From Candidatus Staskawiczbacteria bacterium (GTDB lineage: Bacteria > Patescibacteriota > Minisyncoccia > Minisyncoccales > Staskawiczbacteraceae), in NCBI GenBank assembly GCA_026395215.1, contig JAPLZC010000010.1, forward strand, positions 140,150-204,149: 64,000 nucleotides of DNA, given 5' to 3'. Every line of letters starts with the position of its first letter. Position 1 is the stretch's first letter. The notes beneath the pieces were generated by a model. That model made no database searches and was not told the DNA's origin. It saw only the letters and a program-made list of their open reading frames with translations. Below, piece by piece: positions 1 to 8,993 of this stretch. A program made the position numbers and the translations under genes.

Positions 1-1242
1 TGTTGGACTGACAATTGAAGTGTCCTGTTTGTTCCTTTTTGAACATCGGCTCTCACATCAACTGTGTGTGTGCCTGTTGTTAATGTAATAGGTGCTGATG
101 CTAAGTCAAACATTGCATAGTTAGAACCAGTTATGGATCCAACTGTTGCAATTTTGCCTGTGTCAACGCCATCAATAAACAACTTAATATTTCCTAATGC
201 GTCTGCAGGAGCAGAGCCAACCATTCTGAAGTTAGCTGTTTTTAACAAAACTGCTCTTGTATTAACCGTTATTTGATTTGTCCAGAATACATTTTGTGTT
301 GTGCCAGCATTTACATATGTTGGATCCGTTGTGTCCATCGTATTAGCGGCAAAGTAAACTGTGGCTGCGGTTCCAGTGACAAGTGCCATTGTGCTACCTT
401 GTACACTTGCTGTGCCTCCGTTAAATGCTGTTAATGCAACTGCTATCGAACTACCTGTGTCAGTTGATGTAGCAGCGGCAGAAACGTCGGCTCTTACTGA
501 AATTGTCTTTGAACCGTTTACATTGATGGAAAGACCATTGATAACGGTTGAACCGTTAACATTGAAGGAATATCCATCTGTAATTCTTGTAGCTCCATCA
601 AACAAGTAAATGTTTGAAAGAGTGTTTTGGTCTGAAATTCCAGATCTTTGTAATGTTACTGTTGTAACTACTCCTGATCCGGTAAAGTTAATATCTAACA
701 AACCAGCTTGTGCTTGGCCTGCAATTAACCCACTTGCTGCAGGTGAACTTGCAGCCACTGTGGCTGAAATTGAACCTGTAGGTGTTACTACTGGAGGTTG
801 TCCAGGTGTTACTGATCCAAGAGAAGCGTTTAATCTTGCTCTTGTCATAGGACCAACCTGATTTGCAGGTGTGAATCCTTGTGCTACCTGGTATAATTTA
901 ACAGCTACTAAGGTTTTTGCACCAAAGTAAGTTGTTTCGTTTCCAGGTGAGCCTGCTCCTGTTGCTGAAACTGTAAAACCTTTGGTGTTCAAGATAGATT
1001 GTAAACATTTTACATCTGATCCTGTTGCGCCAACTGTCAAGTTTCTTGCGAATGCAACTCCTGCGCAAGCTCCAGTTCCTGATGCTGCTGGTGTGCCTGA
1101 CAAGGTTGTTAATTGAGCTTGTAATGTAGCAATCTGAGCCATGAGCTCGTCAATTGTTACACCTTGAGCTACTCCAGGGGCAACTACTGCAACCAATGTC
1201 AATCCGACAATGGCTGTTATAATTGTTTTTTTAATACTCATT
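1..1242 (-). CDS. Secreted/surface repeat protein with N-terminal peptidoglycan-binding-like domain (5' start at 1242, runs off window)
   Basis: Minus-strand ATG at 1240-1242 gives MSIKKTIITAIVGLTLVAVVAPGVAQG (signal peptide). This is followed by a PG_binding_1-like motif (GATGSDVKCLQSILNTKGF...GAGSPGNETTYFGAKT...AVKLYQ) and then long Thr/Ser/Ala/Val-rich beta-strand-like repeats. The plus-frame ORFs at 361-861 are its antisense image. Confidence 0.55.
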
Positions 1243-1463
1243 TTTTGTTTAATTTTTGTTTGTTCCCGTCTAATTGAATATAAATATTTAATTAGACAAG
1301 AAGTTATTATTAGTTTTTTTTATTTCTCATCGGTCGACCTTCTTTATCTATGGTTTTTAGCTCGCGACTTTACGTACTAATCACGAACCTGCCATAAACA
1401 ACGACTCTTCAAATGTAAGTTATAATGGCAAAAAAGTACGAATTCTCTGCCAAGTCAAAATGT

Positions 1464-2081
1464 TTAGTTATTTATCAATAATATTGCTTCCAATGCTTCT
1501 GAATATTTTTCTTGATTATATAAATTTTCTACTTGGGTCAATGTAATTTTCTGTTCGTTGGTTAGTGTGGCCTTTTGTAAATCGGCAACTTGCCCTTCAA
1601 CTACTGTTTGCATTAAACCTTTAACATCTTGGTTGTCTGTCATGTCTCCGGGCATATCGGCTAATGTTTTTACAAGAACCTTCATTGTTTGTGGAGTTTG
1701 AACCGGATTATCTTTTAAGTTTTGCGCTAGGTTTTTTACAGTTTCATTAATCTGTTCTTTTATAGCCACTGCAGTCTGATTTGTTAAAGTGGCCTGTTGC
1801 TGAGGCGCTTTTTCTACTGGCAATGATTTAATTATTCCAAATGTCCCAACAACAAAAAGAAGAACTACCGAAAAAGCATAAACCAACTTTCTTGGTGTAA
1901 ATATAAACCTTAAGGTTTCTGCAAAGCTGACTTTCTTGGCAAGAACTGTCCCAGTCATTCGACCGGGCACTTTGTTTTCTAACAAAGTGGTCTTAAGCAA
2001 AGAAGCCCACTCTCTGTTGGGTTTGATTTCTTTAAGCTGTCTCAACGACTCAATAAGTTGTTTTTCTGTTATTTTAGTCAT
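1464..2081 (-). CDS. Putative anti-sigma factor (single-pass membrane protein downstream of ECF sigma)
   Basis: 205 aa with one central TM helix (LVYAFSVVLLFVVGTFGII). It sits immediately downstream of, and co-oriented with, an ECF sigma factor gene. There are no catalytic motifs, so the call rests on position and architecture only. Confidence 0.35.
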   Translation of the reverse strand: MTKITEKQLIESLRQLKEIKPNREWASLLKTTLLENKVPGRMTGTVLAKKVSFAETLRFIFTPRKLVYAFSVVLLFVVGTFGIIKSLPVEKAPQQQATLTNQTAVAIKEQINETVKNLAQNLKDNPVQTPQTMKVLVKTLADMPGDMTDNQDVKGLMQTVVEGQVADLQKATLTNEQKITLTQVENLYNQEKYSEALEAILLINN

Positions 2082-2134
2082 TGTAAGTCTAGTATAAGTA
2101 TGACGCTCCAGCCCTATGATTTGTTACAATTTCC

Positions 2135-2641
2135 TTATGCCTCCTGGATTTTGTCCTTTAGGTCTTTTAGTCCTCTATGTAACATTACCCTTATTGTCCC
2201 AGCTGGTTTGTTTATAAGCTCAGCTATCTCGGGGACGGACATATCCTCTAAATAGTGCCAAATTATTATGTCCTGATGCTCTTTCTTAAGCTTTTGTAAG
2301 GCCTTCCTGACAACACTAATATCTGCGCTCAAAATGGCCATGTCCTGAGCATTTGTCCCAGGGTCAGCGAGTTCCGGGCTGGCATCAGCCGAAACCGTGT
2401 TTGCCCTGCCCTTGTCCCTGTAATGGTCTACAACCGCATTCCTAGCTATTTGATACAAGAACGCGCCCGGGTTTTTTATGCTATCTGTAGCCCCTTCAAA
2501 CGCTTCCCAGCCCTTTAAAAACACCTTAGACGTGACATCCTCGGCAGTTTCCTGCGAATTCACTTTTAGGTAAACAAACCTGTATATCTTATCAATATAT
2601 TGGTCGTAAATCCTGCCAAATTGTTCATTTTTACTATCCAT
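2135..2641 (-). CDS. RNA polymerase sigma-70 ECF-family sigma factor
   Basis: 168 aa. Region 2-like segment (IYRFVYLKV...EDVTSKVFLKGWEAF...AFLYQIARNAVVDHYR) and region 4 HTH (DMSVPEIAELINKPAGTIRVMLHRGLKDLK), as expected for the sigma24/ECF family. Confidence 0.8.
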   Translation of the reverse strand: MDSKNEQFGRIYDQYIDKIYRFVYLKVNSQETAEDVTSKVFLKGWEAFEGATDSIKNPGAFLYQIARNAVVDHYRDKGRANTVSADASPELADPGTNAQDMAILSADISVVRKALQKLKKEHQDIIIWHYLEDMSVPEIAELINKPAGTIRVMLHRGLKDLKDKIQEA

Positions 2642-2710
2642 CTATGAGTGTTGATACTAACACAGTTAATGATAAAAATCAATAGTTTTGCTATCCTGTC
2701 CTACCTTGTC

Positions 2711-3340
2711 CTATCTCTTAACCTGATAGGACACCTGGTTAAAGTCGCCTGTCCTAACTATTTTACCGGCTTGGAGCAACTCGTCCAAATCTCTCCTTAT
2801 TGTCCTTTTTGTAATATCTGGCAATATTGTCTGCAAATCCATAACCTGCGCCTTTTCATTCTTACTCAAAAAATCCATAATCTTCTTTTGTCTATCTGTT
2901 TGGGCTGACGAATCATTCTCAATTTCTTCTATTTCTACGCTTTCAGTTGCTAAATTAGGTGCAACTTCTGCTTCAATTCTTGGCTTGTCTATTCCTGGTA
3001 ATTTCTGGGTTTGTTCGACTATCGGCGAGGATATTGGTTCCATTCCTATTTTAATCTTTTCATATTCGTTGGCAATTATAAGAAAGTTAACCGAATTCAG
3101 CCAGCCTTGCGTTTTTCCTATCCACAAATATCCCATTAAAATTTCTATGTCTTCTAAAAGCTGTACTTTAATTTTTTCCTTACTAAAAGAAGCCCAACCG
3201 GAAACTTCATTAACCAAAACCAAATTATCCATTATTGCCAGCGCCTTGTCTTTGGCTCTGTTTTTTAATGGATCGGCTTCTGGAAAAAATTCCAGCATTT
3301 TATAAACCTCGTTTGTTAATTTCAGAAATTTTTCTTGCAT
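2711..3340 (-). CDS. Four-helix-bundle (TIGR02436-like) protein fused to a C-terminal winged-helix DNA-binding domain
   Basis: The N-terminus (KFLKLTNEVYKMLEFFPEADPLKNRAKDKALAIMDNLVLVNE...) fits the four-helix-bundle family pattern. The C-terminus (MDLQTILPDITKRTIRRDLDELLQAGKIVRTGD) looks like a DeoR/wHTH. Confidence 0.4.
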   Translation of the reverse strand: MQEKFLKLTNEVYKMLEFFPEADPLKNRAKDKALAIMDNLVLVNEVSGWASFSKEKIKVQLLEDIEILMGYLWIGKTQGWLNSVNFLIIANEYEKIKIGMEPISSPIVEQTQKLPGIDKPRIEAEVAPNLATESVEIEEIENDSSAQTDRQKKIMDFLSKNEKAQVMDLQTILPDITKRTIRRDLDELLQAGKIVRTGDFNQVSYQVKR

Positions 3341-3531
3341 AATAATTAGTCTCTAAATTTAACAAAAAATACAACAAAAGTAAAGTACTTTTTTGGTACG
3401 AAAATATTTAGTAATTATATCACACTATTTGTTAGTTGCGAACTGCCCACATGCCGCGTTTATACAGCCTTTTATAAATTTTTTGTTTGAAGGGTGCGCG
3501 CTACTTTTGATGACTTTTGTAACACAAAGAT

Positions 3532-4602
3532 TTACTTACTTGTTACGAACTGGCCACAAGCCGCGTTTATATCATCACCAAACCTGTATCTTTGGGTATA
3601 TCTTATCTTTAATTCTTCTAGTATATCTCTAAACTTTTTTACCCGTTCGGTTGTAGACGGTTCAAACGCCTGCCCCGCCAGGGCGGGGTCCCGCTGTGGC
3701 GGGATGGCATTATACAAAATCAAGTTAACAAAATATAATTTTTTGTTCATTATTTTTGCTAATTCTCTGGCATGTTCTTCTGAGTCATTTACATCTTTAA
3801 TCAAAACATATTCAAACATTACTTTCCTTTTTGTTTTTTCAATATATTGGTCAACTGCTTTTAAAACTTCGGCTAATGGATATTTTTTGTTTATTGGCAT
3901 TAACTCCCCTCTTAATTTATTATTTGGAGCGTGTAGAGAAATTGCTAGGTTAATATGTAAAGGGTCGTCACTTAACTTCTTTATGCCTTCAATAATTCCG
4001 GCAGTTGAAACAGAAATAGACCTTACTCCTATATTAAAATATTTGTAATCGTTCAAAATTCTTATAGAGTCTAACACATTGTCATAATTTAAAAATGGCT
4101 CCCCCATGCCCATATAGGTGACGTTGGTCACGCTTATTGCAAACCCTTCGACTTCGCTCAGGGTGATTTTTTTCAGATACCTACTGAAAAAAATCACTTG
4201 CTCTAGGATTTCTTCGGAGGTTAAATTTCTTTTAAAACCCATTTTGCCGGTGGCACAGAACAGGCATCCTAATGGACATCCTACCTGTGAAGAAACACAC
4301 ACAGTATTTCTGCCACTTGTCTCTGGCCTAAGCGGGTCTTTGTGTCGCATTAAAACCGTTTCTATCATCATCCCATCTTCCAAGGTTATTCTAGCCTTCA
4401 CGCTGTCTTCCTTTTTTGAGACCAAAACATCTGCCTTTATTTCCAGCGGACATTCTTTATTTAACTTTTCCCGCAATTCCACGGAGAAAAAAGTCGCCTC
4501 TGACCAATCAGAAATAAAATTTTTGTACACCGCTTCCCTAGCCTGATTAAGACGATATTTCGGCTCCCCTTCCAAAACTTTTTCCAAATTACTTAAATCC
4601 AT
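3532..4602 (-). CDS. rlmN: 23S rRNA (adenine2503-C2)-methyltransferase RlmN (radical SAM)
   Basis: CPLGCLFCATG radical-SAM cysteine motif. MGMGEPFLNYD. C-terminal GDDINAACGQF motif conserved in RlmN/Cfr. Confidence 0.85.
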   Translation of the reverse strand: MDLSNLEKVLEGEPKYRLNQAREAVYKNFISDWSEATFFSVELREKLNKECPLEIKADVLVSKKEDSVKARITLEDGMMIETVLMRHKDPLRPETSGRNTVCVSSQVGCPLGCLFCATGKMGFKRNLTSEEILEQVIFFSRYLKKITLSEVEGFAISVTNVTYMGMGEPFLNYDNVLDSIRILNDYKYFNIGVRSISVSTAGIIEGIKKLSDDPLHINLAISLHAPNNKLRGELMPINKKYPLAEVLKAVDQYIEKTKRKVMFEYVLIKDVNDSEEHARELAKIMNKKLYFVNLILYNAIPPQRDPALAGQAFEPSTTERVKKFRDILEELKIRYTQRYRFGDDINAACGQFVTSK

Positions 4603-4639
4603 AAATTACTTATAATCTTTTTCTAAATATTTTGCAAAA

Positions 4640-6811
4640 TTATGGCACCGTAGTATCAACAGTTATTGTATAAGGTGCCAAAGTAAGAGTTGCATCATTC
4701 CCTAATTCATCAACAATATGGACAACAATTTTATAAATTCCGTCTTGAGCGTAGTTGCCATTACTCATCTTCCCGTCCCATAATTTTGATGTTACAGTAG
4801 CATAACTTGTTGTCTGAGTAAAATACTTTATATAATGCGAACCATCACATGTCGCAACCGAATTTAAACAAATATAAATACGACTGAACTTTACTGGTAC
4901 GCTCACATTTATAATAATTCCCACCGATGAAGGTATGGAAGGGTTAAAAGACACATTTTGTGCAGATCCATTAAAAGTATAACTAGTGACGCTTGGTGGT
5001 GCTTCATTCACGGTAATTGTGTAAATAGACTCTGTTATTCCGTCTTGAGCCGTGACTGCAAGAGTATCATTAGATACTATCGGGTTGCCAAGAGTACTAC
5101 TTGTATTATTTTCAAGAGCGCCCACGGCAAACGTTAAATTACTTAAAAAAATAGCTTTTGCTGTTCCAAAAGAAACATTTGTGATAGTCCCAGCCCCACC
5201 CGCAAGAGAACTTACTGTATAAACTGTGGATGTTACTGTGGCATCATTACTTGCGATTGGCACGGCGACAACATGAACTAATCTTGTCACTTCAACAGCG
5301 CTATTTCCTGCAACATCAGAAACATTGTAAGTAATTGTATAATCTCCTACTGCATTAGCATCAACTGGGTTAACAATAATTATTTTTGTGGTAAGGTCTC
5401 CATCAACATTATCTAAAACTGTTGCACCCGCATCAATATAAACATCGCCAACGGTGATTGTAATTTCAGGGTCGCCCGTTAGAGTAATTACTGGCGCAGT
5501 TGTATCTGGAGGTACAAAAGCAGTATTTTGTGCTTTTGGTGTTGGTGTGTCTATCTCAAAATCTGCTGAATTATCGTCCGTATCTTGCTCTGAATTGTCT
5601 GGCAAAACTTTCCTGCCAATACTTTCACCTTCTGGCGGACATTCTCCTAGGCCAGGACAGATTGCTTTAAAATTTTCTAGGGAGCAAGCATCTTTACCAA
5701 TACCAACTTCATCAATAATATCGGGGTCATTATAATCTACAATGTCATCAGTGTTTTTAACTAAATAAATTGTATTATTGCCTGTCAGCAACCAACCTAT
5801 TGTCATGCCTGTTGGCGATGCTGCCAACGTTTTCAGAGAATCATCTGCATTTGTACTAACAACTAAATAAAAACCCTTTGGCGGAATAACGGCATCGACA
5901 TTAAAATGTTTGGAATAAAAACTCGTATTTACAGAACATCCGCCTACCCCCCAACCGCTTTTTTGAATTGACCACCCTTTTAAAGAGAAACTAGAATCAT
6001 TTGGATTATAAAGCTCAACCCAATCGTCATTTACATTAGTTTGTCCTGCAATTTGAATTTCGCTTATCAAAGGATTTTGCAACACTGGCGCGGGAGCTCC
6101 TCCTCCGCCTCCTCCGCCACCGCCACCTGCGGGCGGCGAGGTAAGACCGGGCTCAACATAGGCGCAACCTTGAGCAATTATTCCCTGCAAAGTTGCAGGT
6201 CCTATCCCGCTGACGCGCAATAAATCATTCAGCGAATAAAATGGTCTGGCAGATATAATTTTTTGAGCTGTTGTTGGCCCAACTTGAGTTATTTTATCTA
6301 AATCTTCTGCGGAGGCTGTATTTATATTTATTTGCCCGGTGCAAACAGTTATCTGGTTATTTTCATTGTTATCATTATTTTGGTCATTACTCTGGTCTTG
6401 GTCACTTTTATCTTGATCATTCTGGTCGTCTGCAACTTTATCTTTGTCTACGTCGGCAACCTGATTATCGAGATTTTGCTGGGCAATTAATTCATTTACT
6501 TTCTGTTGTATTATATCCAATTTTTCCTGAATGTCGTCCAATTGGTCTTGCCTGCTTATAATAATTGGCGCAACCGTATCTTCGGTAGATTCTTGCAAAT
6601 CAATTGCCGGAATTATGTCTGTAATTTCAGGAATTGCTGAAAGCGAGGCCGGAAAAAATTTGGCTAAAATATTAATATTTGAATTGGAAAAAATATTCCA
6701 TACAAAAAATCCTACCACAATAATGACGGTTAAACCTGAAAAAAAATAAAAAAATCGGCTCTTTTTGGGCATAAGTTGCAACAGTTCTTTTAATTTTACA
6801 CTTTTTTGCAC
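4640..6811 (-). CDS. Large membrane-anchored surface protein with ComEA-like helix-hairpin-helix DNA-binding domain, lamin-tail domain (LTD) and Ig-like domains
   Basis: N-terminal TM helix, then a coiled coil and an acidic low-complexity stretch (DQNDQDKSDQDQSNDQNND). ININTASAEDLDKITQVGPTTAQKIISARPFYSLNDLLRVSGIGPATLQGI matches the ComEA C-terminal HhH domain. A poly-Gly linker follows. LISEIQIAGQTNVNDDWVELYNPNDSSFSLKGWSIQKSG is LTD-like. The C-terminal part has bacterial Ig-like repeats (DTTAPVITLTGDPEITITVGDVYIDAGATVLDNVDGDLT). Confidence 0.7.
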   Translation of the reverse strand: MQKSVKLKELLQLMPKKSRFFYFFSGLTVIIVVGFFVWNIFSNSNINILAKFFPASLSAIPEITDIIPAIDLQESTEDTVAPIIISRQDQLDDIQEKLDIIQQKVNELIAQQNLDNQVADVDKDKVADDQNDQDKSDQDQSNDQNNDNNENNQITVCTGQININTASAEDLDKITQVGPTTAQKIISARPFYSLNDLLRVSGIGPATLQGIIAQGCAYVEPGLTSPPAGGGGGGGGGGAPAPVLQNPLISEIQIAGQTNVNDDWVELYNPNDSSFSLKGWSIQKSGWGVGGCSVNTSFYSKHFNVDAVIPPKGFYLVVSTNADDSLKTLAASPTGMTIGWLLTGNNTIYLVKNTDDIVDYNDPDIIDEVGIGKDACSLENFKAICPGLGECPPEGESIGRKVLPDNSEQDTDDNSADFEIDTPTPKAQNTAFVPPDTTAPVITLTGDPEITITVGDVYIDAGATVLDNVDGDLTTKIIIVNPVDANAVGDYTITYNVSDVAGNSAVEVTRLVHVVAVPIASNDATVTSTVYTVSSLAGGAGTITNVSFGTAKAIFLSNLTFAVGALENNTSSTLGNPIVSNDTLAVTAQDGITESIYTITVNEAPPSVTSYTFNGSAQNVSFNPSIPSSVGIIINVSVPVKFSRIYICLNSVATCDGSHYIKYFTQTTSYATVTSKLWDGKMSNGNYAQDGIYKIVVHIVDELGNDATLTLAPYTITVDTTVP

Positions 6812-6854
6812 AATAAAAAAAGCCCCGGGGTGTTACCGCGGGTTTATACTAAAT

Positions 6855-7061
6855 TTATCTTGAAGGACTGCCATTTTTGCGATCCTTATAATCCACAATG
6901 CTGGTTAAAATCCAAGAAACACCAAAAAAAGATGCACAAAAGAAAAATATTGACCATTCCTTATAATTTTTAGAAAAAGCAAAAAGCAAACCCACAATTA
7001 TTGCCGCCAATGTAGCAATAATTAAACATAAAATATATTTTATCTTTTTCCCAGTTTTCAT
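6855..7061 (-). CDS. Small membrane protein (hypothetical)
   Basis: 68 aa with two predicted TM helices. A palindrome plus T-run terminator on the minus strand follows at 6815-6850. Confidence 0.4.
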   Translation of the reverse strand: MKTGKKIKYILCLIIATLAAIIVGLLFAFSKNYKEWSIFFFCASFFGVSWILTSIVDYKDRKNGSPSR

Positions 7062-7161
7062 TTCCGTCCTCCTTATTTATCAAAGAGCAGTCATTTGCTC
7101 CTTTAATTTAACAATAATCTTAATTACAACTTTGTCAAATAAAAAAAGCCGGGTGATAAAA

Positions 7162-7710
7162 TTACCTCGGCATGACTAATGGTTTAACTTTAGGACTGTC
7201 TGTTATGGCCGGACGTTCATTCAGACCTTCCCTCAAAAGATATTTATCTCCTATTTTTAAAAGAGTGCCTCTCCTAAAAAGGTTTAAAATTACAGCATGG
7301 ACAGAAACCCTTGAAAACTGGCGGCCTATTGCTTTATTTACTTCTTGAAAAATGTGTCGTCCCTCTAAAGATACTCCTTTTGCCCTTGCTCTAAACAAAA
7401 TTGTCCAAACTGCATTTGCAACCGTACCGCTGGACTCATTGGGTGGTGGCAATAATCTTAAAGCGCTATATGTGTAACCACATCCTTCGCAGTTTCCGTG
7501 TGTACCTAGACGACGCAGAAATCCTTTTTTAGTGCGTCTCAATAAAAAACTTGCTACAACGGCACACGAAACCCCGGTGCTTGTTCTAATATCAGCTAAG
7601 GTAAATTGCTTCCTACGAATACGACAGGCATTTACAAAATCTGTAATGCGTTTGTATTGGTCAGTAGGTATCCGTAACCGACCAGGAATTGCTCCTCTGG
7701 GCATAAACAC
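7162..7710 (-). CDS. Hypothetical basic protein with winged-helix-like segments (GC-rich islet)
   Basis: 182 aa, Arg-rich, with HTH-like stretches (FTLADIRTSTGVSCAVVASFLLRRTKKG and HAVILNLFRRGTLLKIGDKYLL). GC is clearly above the local background. It has its own downstream hairpin/T-run terminator. Confidence 0.35.
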   Translation of the reverse strand: MFMPRGAIPGRLRIPTDQYKRITDFVNACRIRRKQFTLADIRTSTGVSCAVVASFLLRRTKKGFLRRLGTHGNCEGCGYTYSALRLLPPPNESSGTVANAVWTILFRARAKGVSLEGRHIFQEVNKAIGRQFSRVSVHAVILNLFRRGTLLKIGDKYLLREGLNERPAITDSPKVKPLVMPR

Positions 7711-7793
7711 CTCCGTTAAAGTGATGACAATGAACTCAACAAAATATTATCACAAAAAAATACTGTCGTCAACAATACATTTCATCATAAAAA

Positions 7794-7815
7794 AAGCCCG
7801 CGTTTGAAGTCCGCG
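7794..7815 (-). terminator. Rho-independent terminator (cccgcg/cgcggg stem plus T-run on minus strand)
   Basis: gcccgcgtttgaagtccgcgggt is preceded by an A-run on the plus strand, which is a T-run on the minus strand. It lies downstream of the minus-strand ORF 7825-8286. Confidence 0.5.
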
Positions 7816-7824
7816 GGTAATGGG

Positions 7825-8286
7825 TTATTGAAAGATTTGACGAATATAGGGGTTGTCGCTTATGGCAGAAATACTCTGCACCTTAACACTGTCAAACCAG
7901 CCAACATCGTGGGCGGTGAGAATCATCAGTGCCTCATTGGTTATATCTTCAGCAAATCCTGAAAAAGACAAAATTATATTTCCGGCTCTAACAGCTCCGG
8001 CAGTCTTATCTTCATCGAGATCTAGGCTTTGAAAGCTTGTTTCATGATCGGGAAGAAGAGAAAAAAGTCTCCTAGCATTTTCAACAGACAAACTGAAGTG
8101 CTTGTCTGCTTTTCCCGGAGGACAGTGATTTATTTGTATTACAAATAAAACTCCCAAATTAGACTCGCAATCAAAAGCAGTGAAATAACCGTAGTCTCTT
8201 GTAAGACCAAACTTTTCAATGAGCAGATGCATATTCTTCCTTACGGCAACAACCAATTCCTCGTGAGTGAGTCCGCGAACGTTCAT
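7825..8286 (-). CDS. Hypothetical protein
   Basis: 153-aa ORF with no recognisable motifs. It is flanked by terminator-like hairpins. Confidence 0.4.
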   Translation of the reverse strand: MNVRGLTHEELVVAVRKNMHLLIEKFGLTRDYGYFTAFDCESNLGVLFVIQINHCPPGKADKHFSLSVENARRLFSLLPDHETSFQSLDLDEDKTAGAVRAGNIILSFSGFAEDITNEALMILTAHDVGWFDSVKVQSISAISDNPYIRQIFQ

Positions 8287-8357
8287 TTTCAGTTCCTTTT
8301 AGTTGGGAAGATTAGTGTATTGTAAGACTTTGAAATATTGGAGTCAACTGTGTATAA

Positions 8358-8933
8358 CTATTGTCCGCTCCACTTACAACCAATTTTATTTTGCTGGGCA
8401 TATTGTTCAACTTCACTAATTTCGGCTCGATATTTTACGTCCGGCGAATAAAAACGCGCCACTGCCAAACCTTCTTTTACTAGTTGTGCATCAACATTTA
8501 TATTGTTTATAAAAATATATCTTAGACATCGGCCATATTGATCAACATCGGTTTTATCTTTTTCTAATAAAACATTCTTACTTAAAACTAAATCTTCAAG
8601 CCGAGTTTTTGCCGTGTCATAACACGGATATCCTTTTTCGTCGGCATCCATTCCCAAAAGCCGAACATGCCACCCGCCTTTCACCACAACCGTGTCCCCA
8701 TCAATCACTTTTGTAACTATTGTATTATTATCTGCGCCGCACCCGCCCAAACTCGCCGAAGGCGAGATTGTGACAGGCCCGTCAAAATGCCCGGCTGGGC
8801 TTTTGTCGGGCTGTATTTGTGGGATGTCCGACATCCCACCGACTTGCTTATCATCTTTTAAGCCATAATAAATACACCCGCCAATTATTACGGCTCCAAT
8901 TATTATTCCAAAAAATATTTTATTATTATCCAT
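8358..8933 (-). CDS. Membrane-anchored thermonuclease / staphylococcal-nuclease (SNase)-like extracellular nuclease
   Basis: N-terminal TM (IFFGIIIGAVIIGGCIYYG). The SNase-fold core is VIDGDTVVV...VRLLGMDADEKG...YGRCLRYIF...VDAQLVKEGLAVARF. Confidence 0.7.
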   Translation of the reverse strand: MDNNKIFFGIIIGAVIIGGCIYYGLKDDKQVGGMSDIPQIQPDKSPAGHFDGPVTISPSASLGGCGADNNTIVTKVIDGDTVVVKGGWHVRLLGMDADEKGYPCYDTAKTRLEDLVLSKNVLLEKDKTDVDQYGRCLRYIFINNINVDAQLVKEGLAVARFYSPDVKYRAEISEVEQYAQQNKIGCKWSGQ

Positions 8934-8993
8934 AATTATATTTTAACACAAAAAAAATCGAGCCCAAAAGCTCGACATGTTGCTCAATCAACT

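Noticed and set aside
361-861. Plus-strand ORFs (82 and 83 aa) rich in Val/Thr/Ala
   Set aside because: They are the antisense translation of the large minus-strand surface-protein gene (1-1242), which has a clear start, signal peptide and domain structure.
3393-4048. Plus-strand ORFs 3393-3632 and 3494-4048
   Set aside because: They are antisense or offset relative to rlmN. The first merely overlaps the duplicated 3'-end repeat.
6100-6135. GC-rich ggagg/ccgcc tracts at 6100-6135 and 15470-15500
   Set aside because: They encode poly-glycine linkers inside two surface-protein genes, so they are not non-coding repeats.
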